This document shows, one piece after another, positions 15,527-24,030 of a DNA stretch of 38,245 bases. The notes beneath the pieces were generated by a model that ran no database searches, was not told where the DNA came from, and saw only the letters and a list, made by a program, of their open reading frames with translations. The stretch comes from a virus. Its lineage: Duplodnaviria > Heunggongvirae > Uroviricota > Caudoviricetes. Every line of letters begins with the position of its first letter. Position 1 is the stretch's first letter. A program made the translations under genes and the position numbers. Location: the IMG/VR virus record IMGVR_UViG_3300000517_000001. The stretch is one strand, 5' to 3'.

Positions 15527-16029
15527 CTTGAAGGTAGCACCTCAATATCATATGATCCAATTTGGAATGTAACATTTGCTGGCACATAATCAATATCAGC
15601 TGCTGTTGTATCTAAATCAACGTTGCTGAGATTAATCGGAAAAATGTCTTTAAGCTTATAAAGAATATTTGGATTACGTCCACTATTCATAACAAGTAAT
15701 GATGCGTCAGAATAAAGACCATCCTGAGAATCGTCAAGATTAGCAAACTGTTCAAAGCTTTCAGGAAATGCTAGGCCTGTCATCCAGTTATAGATTTCCA
15801 TATAGTTATCCATATTCTCATTAATACGAAACTCTACAGTAAATTGATCATATAATAGCTTATCACCAGTGAAATATAGATTCTTAAATGGTGTACTCTG
15901 TTCTACAGGATTAATCGTAACACCAGGTAAGGATACACGCTGAGTAAAGAATGTGACAAACGGAAGTCTCTTAATCACAAATCGAAACTCTACCGGTGAA
16001 AGATAATTTTGTTTGATGTTTTGTACCAT
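15523..16029 (-). CDS. gp3: Tail tube terminator / tail completion protein
   Basis: NYLSPVEFRF, FFTQRVSLPG, FRINENMDNYMEIYNWM, SDASL and FPINLS. Position after gp23. Confidence 0.88.
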   Translation of the reverse strand: MVQNIKQNYLSPVEFRFVIKRLPFVTFFTQRVSLPGVTINPVEQSTPFKNLYFTGDKLLYDQFTVEFRINENMDNYMEIYNWMTGLAFPESFEQFANLDDSQDGLYSDASLLVMNSGRNPNILYKLKDIFPINLSNVDLDTTAADIDYVPANVTFQIGSYDIEVLPSS

Positions 16030-16057
16030 TAATAGATCCTTAATGCTTTATATGAAC

Positions 16058-16065
16058 TATTTATA
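16058..16065 (-). promoter_or_regulatory. T4-type late promoter (gp3)
   Basis: TATAAATA on the minus strand upstream of gp3. Confidence 0.8.
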
Positions 16066-16071
16066 ATACAT

Positions 16072-16099
16072 AAAAAGAAGAAGGGCCCGAAGGCCCTTC
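16072..16099 (-). terminator. Rho-independent terminator after gp23
   Basis: GAAGGGCC-TTCG-GGCCCTTC followed by TTCTTTTT, with the cUUCGg tetraloop typical of T4-like phages. Confidence 0.92.
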
Positions 16100-16126
16100 C
16101 AGTAAGCTCGATTGACTCGAGTCTTA

Positions 16127-17410
16127 TTATAGGATGTTCGAAACAAGAGTGCGGCGGTAGTAAACGTTCGCACCTGCTTCAAGAGTACCGTCAGATGCAG
16201 TTGCACCTTTGGAGAATGGGTTCGCAACCATACCGTAACGGGTTTTGAAGCCGATTTTTGGCTGGAAGGTATTCTCACCAACTGCACGAACCATCTGTAG
16301 TGGAACGTATGGGCAGTAGAAGAGACCTGCGTCGAATGCGCTGGAACCTTTGTAACCAACAACCATATAGTTACCACCCGCATATGGGTCGATGTATACA
16401 CGGAAGCGACCGTTAAGAACACCAGCAAATGTGTTACCTGTGTCATCAACGTTAAGGTTGTTGCTGTTAAGAGCTGGGGTGTAATCAAGAACACCTGCCA
16501 TCTGAAGAGCAGAAGCTACATCGGAAGAACAGATAATGATGTTACCCTTACCACGTCTGGTTTCTTTTGCGATCTGGTTTGCTTCACGCTCGATCTGGAA
16601 CATAAGACCTTTGAACTTCTCAACGCTCCAACGACCGTTTGCATCGACGTCTAGGTCGAAAGTACCTGCAGATGCAACACCAGTCTGAGAACCTGCTTTA
16701 GCAGTGTTGTAAACTGTGCGAACAACCTCACGGTTGATTTCTGCAAGAACCTCAGAAGTAAGGATGTTTGCAAGCTCAGTTTCTGCGTCAAGACCGTGGA
16801 TAGCCTTAAGGTCCTGTGCAAGCTCTGTTGTGTATTCTGCTTTTAGCGCACGGCTCTTTGCAGTAACAGATACTTTGTCGATTTCAAACGCCATTTCGTT
16901 GAAATCAGTACCACCACCGTCGCCGAGTGCTTCAGCAGCAGTTGTTGCCATACCAGTACCATTGTTTGCAGTGTTTGCTGTACCTGTGTTACCCGCATGA
17001 GTACCAGTACCAGAGAAGTCTGTATCTGCTTCGTTGTAGAACGCTTCAGTCCATGTTGCAGTATTCGCTGGGTCAACCGCATACTTAGAGCGCATTGCAA
17101 AGATAAGACCTGTTGGTCCTGTCATTGGCTGAACACCAGCAATGTCATAAGCAATAAGGTTTGGCATAGAACGACGAACAAGGCTAATAAGAACCGGATC
17201 GTAGTTGTCAACCTGACCCGCAGTTACAGAGTTTGTTGGCTCTTCGTTAAGAAGGCTGGACATGCTCCATGCACCACCTTCACGAAGTGCAGTCTCAGTA
17301 TTCTCAAGAAGCTGAGCAGTAACGCTACGGCGGTGAGAGTCTTCGATCTTACCAAGGTCAGCATGCTCTAGGACAGGCTGCCACTTTTCGTTTAAAGATT
17401 CAATAGACAT
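16127..17410 (-). CDS. gp23: Major capsid protein
   Basis: LISLVRRSMPNLIAYDIAGVQPMTGPTGLIFAMRSKY, KSRALKAEYTTELAQDLKAIHGLDAETELANIL and FQPKIGFKTRYG. Confidence 0.98.
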   Translation of the reverse strand: MSIESLNEKWQPVLEHADLGKIEDSHRRSVTAQLLENTETALREGGAWSMSSLLNEEPTNSVTAGQVDNYDPVLISLVRRSMPNLIAYDIAGVQPMTGPTGLIFAMRSKYAVDPANTATWTEAFYNEADTDFSGTGTHAGNTGTANTANNGTGMATTAAEALGDGGGTDFNEMAFEIDKVSVTAKSRALKAEYTTELAQDLKAIHGLDAETELANILTSEVLAEINREVVRTVYNTAKAGSQTGVASAGTFDLDVDANGRWSVEKFKGLMFQIEREANQIAKETRRGKGNIIICSSDVASALQMAGVLDYTPALNSNNLNVDDTGNTFAGVLNGRFRVYIDPYAGGNYMVVGYKGSSAFDAGLFYCPYVPLQMVRAVGENTFQPKIGFKTRYGMVANPFSKGATASDGTLEAGANVYYRRTLVSNIL

Positions 17411-17444
17411 TTGTTATTATCTCCTTTTAAGGTTTGTCTAAGAT

Positions 17445-17452
17445 TATTTATA
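17445..17452 (-). promoter_or_regulatory. T4-type late promoter (gp23)
   Basis: TATAAATA upstream of gp23. Confidence 0.8.
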
Positions 17453-17458
17453 ATTTCA

Positions 17459-18442
17459 TTACTTTCTAAGAGTTTTCGAAATCGCAGCTGCATACTTTGC
17501 AACATTTGGATCGACATACTGAGTCTCAGAAGTTTCTTCTTCGATTGGATCGATTTCATCAACTTCTTCAGTAAGTGTCTTACCACCAAAGTAGTTTTCC
17601 TTGATGATTTCAACTTTGGACTTATAACCTTCAATGTCGTCAAATTCAACACCTTCAGCAAGCTTAGCAAGCTTTTCACGCTGAGTATCGGTTAGACCTT
17701 CGCTGATATCTTCAAAAACATCCTGCTTGTGAGCTTCGGCAAGAGCCTTACGAAGTTCAATTGCTTCATTGATCGCTTCGTTAAGTTCTTCGTCTTTGCT
17801 TTCAAGCTGTTCAGCCATTTCAGCATATGCATCGATTTTGTCCTCAGGAACTTCGATGTTATGCTCAACAAATAGGTCATGAAGACCTGCAATGAACGAC
17901 TCTGCCATCTCGGTACGAATACCATTTTCGATAGCAAGTTCATTCTCTTCCATCCACTTTTCAACAACATAATCTAAATAGGAATCTACGTTTTCAATAA
18001 GCTCGTTAACAGCCTCAGTTGCCTGCTCTTCAAGCTTTTGTTCAAACTCTTCTTCTAATCTTTCAACTTCTTCTAGAAGCTTTGCATTAACAGCTGCTTC
18101 AAAAACAACAGTTGCACGTTCTTTAAAATCTTCAGAAAGATCTTGACCACCGAACATTTCTTCGATAGACTCTTTCATACCTGTTTTGTCAGCTTTACGA
18201 GCAGGTGCTTTTTTGCCTGTAGGACCTTCAGCTGCAGACTTTTCAGATGCAGAAGGACCACCCATTGGTGTCTTTACATCGTCTTCGATTTCATCAGCAT
18301 TAGGATCAACAGACTTGCTCATGTCAGCCTTACGATTCTTTTTCATTGGGCTTCCGCCAGCTGGTGTAACAGGGTCGTTAGCCATGGAATTTTCACCAGT
18401 TGCCTTTACTTCGTCTAACTGTTCAAATTCTTGATCAGACAT
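17459..18442 (-). CDS. gp22: Prohead core scaffold protein
   Basis: LSEDFKERATVVFEAAV, DSYLDYVVEKWMEEN, LTDTQREKL and IIKENYF; acidic coiled coil. Confidence 0.92.
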   Translation of the reverse strand: MSDQEFEQLDEVKATGENSMANDPVTPAGGSPMKKNRKADMSKSVDPNADEIEDDVKTPMGGPSASEKSAAEGPTGKKAPARKADKTGMKESIEEMFGGQDLSEDFKERATVVFEAAVNAKLLEEVERLEEEFEQKLEEQATEAVNELIENVDSYLDYVVEKWMEENELAIENGIRTEMAESFIAGLHDLFVEHNIEVPEDKIDAYAEMAEQLESKDEELNEAINEAIELRKALAEAHKQDVFEDISEGLTDTQREKLAKLAEGVEFDDIEGYKSKVEIIKENYFGGKTLTEEVDEIDPIEEETSETQYVDPNVAKYAAAISKTLRK

Positions 18443-18474
18443 TAGATATCTCCTTTTAGAATAATAATCTGTTT

Positions 18475-18482
18475 TATTTATA
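18475..18482 (-). promoter_or_regulatory. T4-type late promoter (gp22)
   Basis: TATAAATA upstream of gp22. Confidence 0.8.
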
Positions 18483-18493
18483 ATTTCACAACT

Positions 18494-19156
18494 TTATGTA
18501 AGAGACTTAAGAAACTTGTTAAAGAGTGCATATGCTTGCTCTTCAATTTCTTGTTTGCTCATACCTTTGACTTCTTGTTCGATTTCATCAAACGTGTTCT
18601 GTGCTTTCCAAGTTTGTTCAGCAACGTCATAGACCCAATCAACACCTTCCATGATACCTTGAACAAATGCATCTGGTGCAGACGGATCAGCAACAATATC
18701 GCCAGCAGTTGCTAGCATAAAGTCACCTTGAACTTCCATAATACCACTTTTATTCTTTCTTAAAGAACCCATACCACGTGAAGAGATACCAAGCTGAGCG
18801 CCTTCATCAATGAGATTCTTAACAATCTTACCCATTGGTGTATCCATCACTTTTGCTTTACCAACGATATTTGATCCTTCTTGACGAAGATTAGTAAACA
18901 TGTGAGACACACGATCGAGATTGATTGTAGGTCCATCAGGATGACCAAGCTCACCGTAAGCACGCTTCTTATCTACGTAGTTTTGATTATAACGATTCAT
19001 TTCATTAACAAGAACATTTGAAGGATAAACACGCCCATTGCGGTTTTTAATATCACCTTGCATAATGATACCTTCAATGAAATAGTTCTTTTGGCCATCT
19101 TCTTTGGCCTCTGTAATATAATGAACTTCTTCGTTGATTTCTTTAATCAGTTTCAT
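18494..19156 (-). CDS. gp21: Prohead protease
   Basis: IEGIIMQ, KNRNGRVYP, GELGHP, INLDRVSH, GISSRGMGSL and DIVADPSAPDAFV. Confidence 0.95.
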   Translation of the reverse strand: MKLIKEINEEVHYITEAKEDGQKNYFIEGIIMQGDIKNRNGRVYPSNVLVNEMNRYNQNYVDKKRAYGELGHPDGPTINLDRVSHMFTNLRQEGSNIVGKAKVMDTPMGKIVKNLIDEGAQLGISSRGMGSLRKNKSGIMEVQGDFMLATAGDIVADPSAPDAFVQGIMEGVDWVYDVAEQTWKAQNTFDEIEQEVKGMSKQEIEEQAYALFNKFLKSLT

Positions 19157-19167
19157 TTGATTATTCC

Positions 19168-19416
19168 TTATGTGTTATATGAAACCGGCGTACAAGATAC
19201 TGAAGAATTTGCTGTAATAGTGTCTGTAGGATTCTTTTCTACATACTCTACAGAACCACCTGGCATAATAAATGTCCCAAGCGTTGTAGGAGTATCATCA
19301 GCAATTGTAATCAGTGTATTAGCTGCGGCATAAATACGCACAAGCTTTGAATCGCTTACGGTATTAGCTGTTGTAACATTTGCTGAAGAGCCCTTTACTT
19401 TAATAATGCTTGGCAT
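19168..19416 (-). CDS. Small beta-rich hypothetical virion protein between gp68 and gp21
   Basis: 82-aa ORF with an SD, and a TAATG overlap with the upstream gene. Confidence 0.7.
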   Translation of the reverse strand: MPSIIKVKGSSANVTTANTVSDSKLVRIYAAANTLITIADDTPTTLGTFIMPGGSVEYVEKNPTDTITANSSVSCTPVSYNT

Positions 19417-19946
19417 TACATTGCCTCCTTAGCAAACTTAAGAACCTTATCAAAGCCAGACTTGTTTTTCATCATCTCTTCTTCCATACGCTTTTTGTTA
19501 GAAGAATTAAGCTCGTTGAAAAGTTCATTAACAGCTTCTGCTTCTTCTTTTGAAAGCTTAACAGTAGAACCATCTTTGAGCTTCATTGAACCCATTTTAA
19601 ATGCTTCATCAAGCTCGACTTCTTCATCTACAGAAGCTTGAGTAGAAAACATCTCTTTAAAAGACTTTTTCTTTTTCTTGCCTTCTTTTTCATCATTACG
19701 TGATGCCCAAACAGCTTTACGCTGAGCAGCAGAGGCATAGCCTTCATAAACTTCAGCATCTTTACCATCTTCGTAAGAAGCTTTTTTAGACTTATCTTTT
19801 TTAGTACCACCCTTGAACTGGTTTTCTTCAGCACCGTCCTCAATAGGATGATCGTACTTAGCAACAACGTGCTTAGCCTTAAAACGCTTTTCGTCACCAC
19901 CCTTCGGTTCGGCAACTTCGTTGATGATGTCTTTAAAGGTCTTCAT
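19416..19946 (-). CDS. gp68: Prohead core protein (gp68-like)
   Basis: Position in the head module. C-terminal LKDGSTVKLSKEEA...LNSSNKKRM...FDKVLKFA. Confidence 0.65.
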   Translation of the reverse strand: MKTFKDIINEVAEPKGGDEKRFKAKHVVAKYDHPIEDGAEENQFKGGTKKDKSKKASYEDGKDAEVYEGYASAAQRKAVWASRNDEKEGKKKKKSFKEMFSTQASVDEEVELDEAFKMGSMKLKDGSTVKLSKEEAEAVNELFNELNSSNKKRMEEEMMKNKSGFDKVLKFAKEAM

Positions 19947-20181
19947 CTGTAGGTTCCTCTATATCTACTTGGTCTAAATCTTCGTAATCATCATCCGGCT
20001 CTACGTCAGCTTCATCGCCTTCGGAACCATACATACTCTGAGCAATTTCTTCTCTTCTTGCATCAATAGCATCAGCCATTTTTTGCTGAATTACATTATT
20101 AAATGCATCTTCTACATCATTTGGTTTTCTATCAAATGCACTTTGAATAATATCTGCAACATTCATATTAGGTAGTGGCAT
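19933..20181 (-). CDS. gp67: Prohead core protein (gp67-like)
   Basis: Small acidic ORF immediately after the portal gene. Confidence 0.6.
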   Translation of the reverse strand: MPLPNMNVADIIQSAFDRKPNDVEDAFNNVIQQKMADAIDARREEIAQSMYGSEGDEADVEPDDDYEDLDQVDIEEPTDEDL

Positions 20182-20183
20182 AA

Positions 20184-21716
20184 TTAAATTCCTCCAATAT
20201 CATTATTATTTATATCTTCATCTTCTTCTTCAGGTTTTTCTTCATCGATCTGTTTTTGCATCTCTTCAATGTCTTCATCAGATTGTTGAAGAATATTTTT
20301 ACGAATCCATTCACGTGAGAAATAAACACCGACATAATCCTCTACATCACGTAATGTTTGTAATCTTTCACGTAGGATTTCAGATTGCTTAAGTTCTTCG
20401 TAATGGTTATCCTGTTGGAAGTCATAACGAATTTTGTTTTTAATCTCTTTAAATTCTTCGAGAGTCATAACGTTTTTCATTACAAGCTGACGCTCGAGAA
20501 TTTCATCAAATAAAATAGAGAATCTTACACGAAGTCTTTGAATGAACTTTGCAAACTTCACTTCATCTCTTGAAATTTCAGATGCTCTACCAAGAGAAAA
20601 GCCTTGCTCTGGTTCAAGTCTTGAAATAGGAACATTCAGTGCTTTATAAAGGTTCTTTTGGAAATAAAGAACATCATCCATTTCACCAAGATTTTGACCA
20701 CCTGGTAATGTAGTAATTTCTGTTCCACGACCACCTTCACGACGAGGTAGCCAAAAATCTTCCATCATTGTCATATGACGACGGTCATCTCGAATTTCAC
20801 CGGATGATGCATCATATACAAGACGATTCTTATGCTTTACCATCATATCACGAAGATATTGTTCTGCCTTCATTTTCGGAAGGTTACCGACATCAATATA
20901 AAATACACGGCGCTCAGGTGCACGCGCAAGACGATAGATAACTGCTGCATCTTCAAGCATGCGAAGTTGGTTATGTGGTTTAATTGCTTTATGAAGATGC
21001 GAAAGAACGAGAGTGTTTGTCTCGTTTAGAATACCGGATGTGACTTCAACAATAGAGTCTTTTGCAATACGAATACCTTTAACGGAGGCAAAATCTGCTG
21101 TCGCTTTAGTGTTCTTATTGTTAAGGAAACCTTTATCGTTAAAAATCCAATATTCGTTCTTTACCTTTTTGAATGTGGCATCAAGTTCATTATTACGAGA
21201 CTTTTGAATCTCTTTAATCTTACGAAGCTTACGAGGATCTACATAACGTAGTTCTTTAATACCTTCTTTGATATTATCTTCATCAATAATAGCATGAAAT
21301 CTTAATCTACCGTCTACATAAAAACGGTTAAAAATATCATAACCACGATTTGAAAAGTCAAGTAATTCTAATGCTACTTGAAACTCTTCAGAAACTCTTT
21401 TCTTAATGGCATCAGAAAGATCTGTTTCATCAAGATTAATATCAACAACTTTATGATCATCTGAAACAATAATTGATTCATTAATAATATCCTCAATAGC
21501 TTTTGCTACTTCTGGATGCTGCTCCATTTGACGATATTTGTTGATTAGTTCGGCTTCATTTTTAGCAGCACCTTCCATATCAATATAGGAAGTACCAAAG
21601 AAACCACCAGTTCCGGCAGCTGTAACTGATACAGCACCGTCATCGTCGTCTCTTTCGACAAACGATTTTAATTCTTCCTCTTCTTGGCGCTTGATTTGGA
21701 AACCAAAAATCTTCAT
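20184..21716 (-). CDS. gp20: Portal protein
   Basis: YRLARAPERRVFYIDVGNLPKMKAEQY and MEDFWLPRREGGRGTEITTLPGGQNLGE. Confidence 0.98.
   Translation of the reverse strand: MKIFGFQIKRQEEEELKSFVERDDDDGAVSVTAAGTGGFFGTSYIDMEGAAKNEAELINKYRQMEQHPEVAKAIEDIINESIIVSDDHKVVDINLDETDLSDAIKKRVSEEFQVALELLDFSNRGYDIFNRFYVDGRLRFHAIIDEDNIKEGIKELRYVDPRKLRKIKEIQKSRNNELDATFKKVKNEYWIFNDKGFLNNKNTKATADFASVKGIRIAKDSIVEVTSGILNETNTLVLSHLHKAIKPHNQLRMLEDAAVIYRLARAPERRVFYIDVGNLPKMKAEQYLRDMMVKHKNRLVYDASSGEIRDDRRHMTMMEDFWLPRREGGRGTEITTLPGGQNLGEMDDVLYFQKNLYKALNVPISRLEPEQGFSLGRASEISRDEVKFAKFIQRLRVRFSILFDEILERQLVMKNVMTLEEFKEIKNKIRYDFQQDNHYEELKQSEILRERLQTLRDVEDYVGVYFSREWIRKNILQQSDEDIEEMQKQIDEEKPEEEDEDINNNDIGGI
20207..20214 (-). 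promoter_or_regulatory. T4-type late promoter inside the 3' end of gp20
   Basis: TATAAATA about 26 nt upstream of the gp67-like start. Confidence 0.6.
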
Positions 21717-21739
21717 TAAATAATCCTTTACATTAGATT

Positions 21740-21759
21740 GGCGGGAGTCTCCCCCCGCC
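21740..21759 (-). other. GC-rich hairpin between gp19 and gp20
   Basis: Minus strand GGCGGG-GGGAGACT-CCCGCC. There is no U-tract, so it is more likely a pause or stability element than a classic terminator. Confidence 0.5.
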
Positions 21760-21768
21760 TTCTAATAC

Positions 21769-21777
21769 TATTTATTA
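21769..21777 (-). promoter_or_regulatory. Late promoter variant (gp20)
   Basis: TAATAAATA beginning on the gp19 stop codon. Confidence 0.55.
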
Positions 21778-22326
21778 CTGACCACCAGCGTTACCAGTAA
21801 TACCACCACTTACATTCCACCAGTCATACTGGAATGTGACAGTAAATTCTTCAAGTGTGTCGTTAGCATCCCAATCCATGCCAATCTCTGATACGTTAGT
21901 CGGGAAAAGACCATTGAAGTTATATGTACGAAGAATTGAACCGTCCTTACCATACTGCTGCACAGTTGCCTGTGATTTATAAGCAGAAGGAGCAGAAGTA
22001 CCAAATGCATTCGTGTTTTGCTGATGAAGGTTAATGGAGTTCATCCATTCTTCCATCGCATTACGAATAAGGAAGTCTTCGTCATTTAGAATAGTTACTG
22101 TCCATTCATCAAATGTACGGTCACCTGCCATTTTAATCTTACGACCAAAGTATCCAACCTCGATAAGACCAAGGTTAGAAGTAGGAAGTGCAGCTGCCTT
22201 ACATAAGAAAGGAACTTTAAGATCACCAGTATTGTTTGCTGGATTAGTGATCTGTACTTGGAAGAGCGTCGGACGCGCTCCTCCACCTGTTAATTGTGAT
22301 CTGATTTCGTTGATATTGAAAGCCAT
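21775..22326 (-). CDS. gp19: Tail tube protein
   Basis: GGARPTLFQV, FLCKAAALP, GRKIKMAGDRTFDEWTVT and EEFTVTFQYDWW. Confidence 0.95.
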   Translation of the reverse strand: MAFNINEIRSQLTGGGARPTLFQVQITNPANNTGDLKVPFLCKAAALPTSNLGLIEVGYFGRKIKMAGDRTFDEWTVTILNDEDFLIRNAMEEWMNSINLHQQNTNAFGTSAPSAYKSQATVQQYGKDGSILRTYNFNGLFPTNVSEIGMDWDANDTLEEFTVTFQYDWWNVSGGITGNAGGQ

Positions 22327-22348
22327 TGCTATATCTCCTTATTTTTTC

Positions 22349-22357
22349 TATTTATTA
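22349..22357 (-). promoter_or_regulatory. Late promoter variant (gp19)
   Basis: TAATAAATA beginning on the gp18 stop codon. Confidence 0.55.
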
Positions 22358-23956
22358 GAAGCGGCCAACAATTTCTTCAAACTCAACACCTGTGCGAACT
22401 GCAACAAAGTTAAGTTGAATAAAGTTGATTGCTCTTGCAGGTTTGATATAGATGTCTCCAACAAATTCGTTACGATCAATAATTTCTGGTGTGTTGTTTG
22501 TTTCATCACATACAACACGGAAATCATAGATACCTCGTCTACCTTCAACATCTCTTAGGAATGGCTCAACAAGATTTACAAATTGTGCTCTTGTGAACTC
22601 GTCGTTGAATTCGAATAGTGTAGACTTAGCAGCGATTGCAATTGCCTTTTCAAGAACAATGAAGAGACGACGTACGTTGATTCTATCGAATGCAGAAGGA
22701 CGCGCAAGAAGTGTCTTATCACCGAATAGAAGTGTACCTTGACCAGGCTGAGTAATAACCGGGTTGATACCTTTCTTATAAAGCTGATCACGCTCTGTCT
22801 TATTTGGATTAAATGCAAGCTTGATAACATTCTTCATGATACCACGGTTGTAGCCAGCTGGTGAGAACCAAGGATCACGAGTATCATCTGTGCGAACACA
22901 AAGACCTGCAGTATCACCATTAAGCGGCGTGTACACATAACGGTCATTGTACTTATCATAGCGATACTTATAACCAGAATCCATTACACCATAAGAAGAT
23001 GATGTGATATTATCTCTGAAATCAATCATTGTTGTAACTTCAGAACCAGAATTGTTAACAACATCTGTAGAAGCTGGTGATACGAATGCAATACAATCTT
23101 TACGGAACTCACAAATGTTTTGAATTACATAATTTGCAAGTTCAGCATCATTACCTGTTCCACGAGCTTTACCCATAAGAATAAGAGATACATCTACGTC
23201 TTCAGCATTTTTATAAAGATCATATCCAGCACGAACTGTAGCTTGTGCGATAGTACCTTCGTCAGAACCATCAGTACCATCAATTAGATCTGAAAGAAAT
23301 TCAGAAGCTTCTGATGTAAAGTATGTTTGAATAGCTGTGGCAAAAGCTGCAGTTGCCGCAATGTAACGAGATGTCTGCTCAAGAACATCTGGAAGATAAT
23401 TGTTAGTGCCATCTTCAGTTTTATCACCAGATGTAAGAGATACGTTTTCATAGATTTCAACAATACTATTTGCAGAACCCGTAAACGTACCATCTGTATC
23501 AATAACCGCAACATGAACGTGAGTGTTAGATTCAGGTGCTTCATCAAAGTTTGCTTCGTATGAAGAATTAGCAAACGTTGCTTCATTTGTCATGTAAACG
23601 CGAAGAGCATTACCTGCTTCACCTGGATAAAGTGCAGTCAAATCATCAAGATTTGCCGCAATAGATGTATTAGCATCAGAAACAGCTGTGTTACCATCAG
23701 AAACTCTTGTTACATATAGTGCATTACCATACGCAAGGAAGTCAGCTGCTGTAAAGAATGTTTCTGTGTTGTATCCTGTTTTTGGCTCACCAAAGCGACG
23801 AACAAGCTCTACCTCAGAAGAGATAAGGATCTTTTCATCTGTTGGTCCCCAAGCAAAGACACCTGCAATCGCACCTTCAGTTGTAGAAACTGCTGGAACG
23901 ACTGTAGTTAAGTCAATCTCAGAGATATTTACGCCAGGACTAACTTGAAATCCCAT
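22355..23956 (-). CDS. gp18: Tail sheath protein
   Basis: QVSPGVNISEIDLT, PWFSPAGYNRG, FDRINVRRLFIVLEKAI and YIKPARAINFIQLNFVAVRTGV. Confidence 0.97.
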   Translation of the reverse strand: MGFQVSPGVNISEIDLTTVVPAVSTTEGAIAGVFAWGPTDEKILISSEVELVRRFGEPKTGYNTETFFTAADFLAYGNALYVTRVSDGNTAVSDANTSIAANLDDLTALYPGEAGNALRVYMTNEATFANSSYEANFDEAPESNTHVHVAVIDTDGTFTGSANSIVEIYENVSLTSGDKTEDGTNNYLPDVLEQTSRYIAATAAFATAIQTYFTSEASEFLSDLIDGTDGSDEGTIAQATVRAGYDLYKNAEDVDVSLILMGKARGTGNDAELANYVIQNICEFRKDCIAFVSPASTDVVNNSGSEVTTMIDFRDNITSSSYGVMDSGYKYRYDKYNDRYVYTPLNGDTAGLCVRTDDTRDPWFSPAGYNRGIMKNVIKLAFNPNKTERDQLYKKGINPVITQPGQGTLLFGDKTLLARPSAFDRINVRRLFIVLEKAIAIAAKSTLFEFNDEFTRAQFVNLVEPFLRDVEGRRGIYDFRVVCDETNNTPEIIDRNEFVGDIYIKPARAINFIQLNFVAVRTGVEFEEIVGRF

Positions 23957-24012
23957 TTCGATTCTCCTTTTGTGAATTATGAATAGTGTAAAACTTCATT
24001 TATTTCTTAGAT

Positions 24013-24020
24013 TATTTATA
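24013..24020 (-). promoter_or_regulatory. T4-type late promoter (gp18)
   Basis: TATAAATA upstream of gp18. Confidence 0.8.
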
Positions 24021-24030
24021 AAAACAAGGA

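Noticed and set aside
16114-16123. 10-bp palindrome GACTCGAGTC after the gp23 stop
   Set aside because: It is a single short instance next to a real terminator and cannot be distinguished from chance.
16057-16494. 145-aa minus-strand ORF overlapping the gp23 3' end, and similar alternate-frame ORFs (13741-14070, 19628-19915, 23284-23586, 24234-24533)
   Set aside because: These are out-of-frame overlaps within conserved core genes, with no translation signals or motifs.
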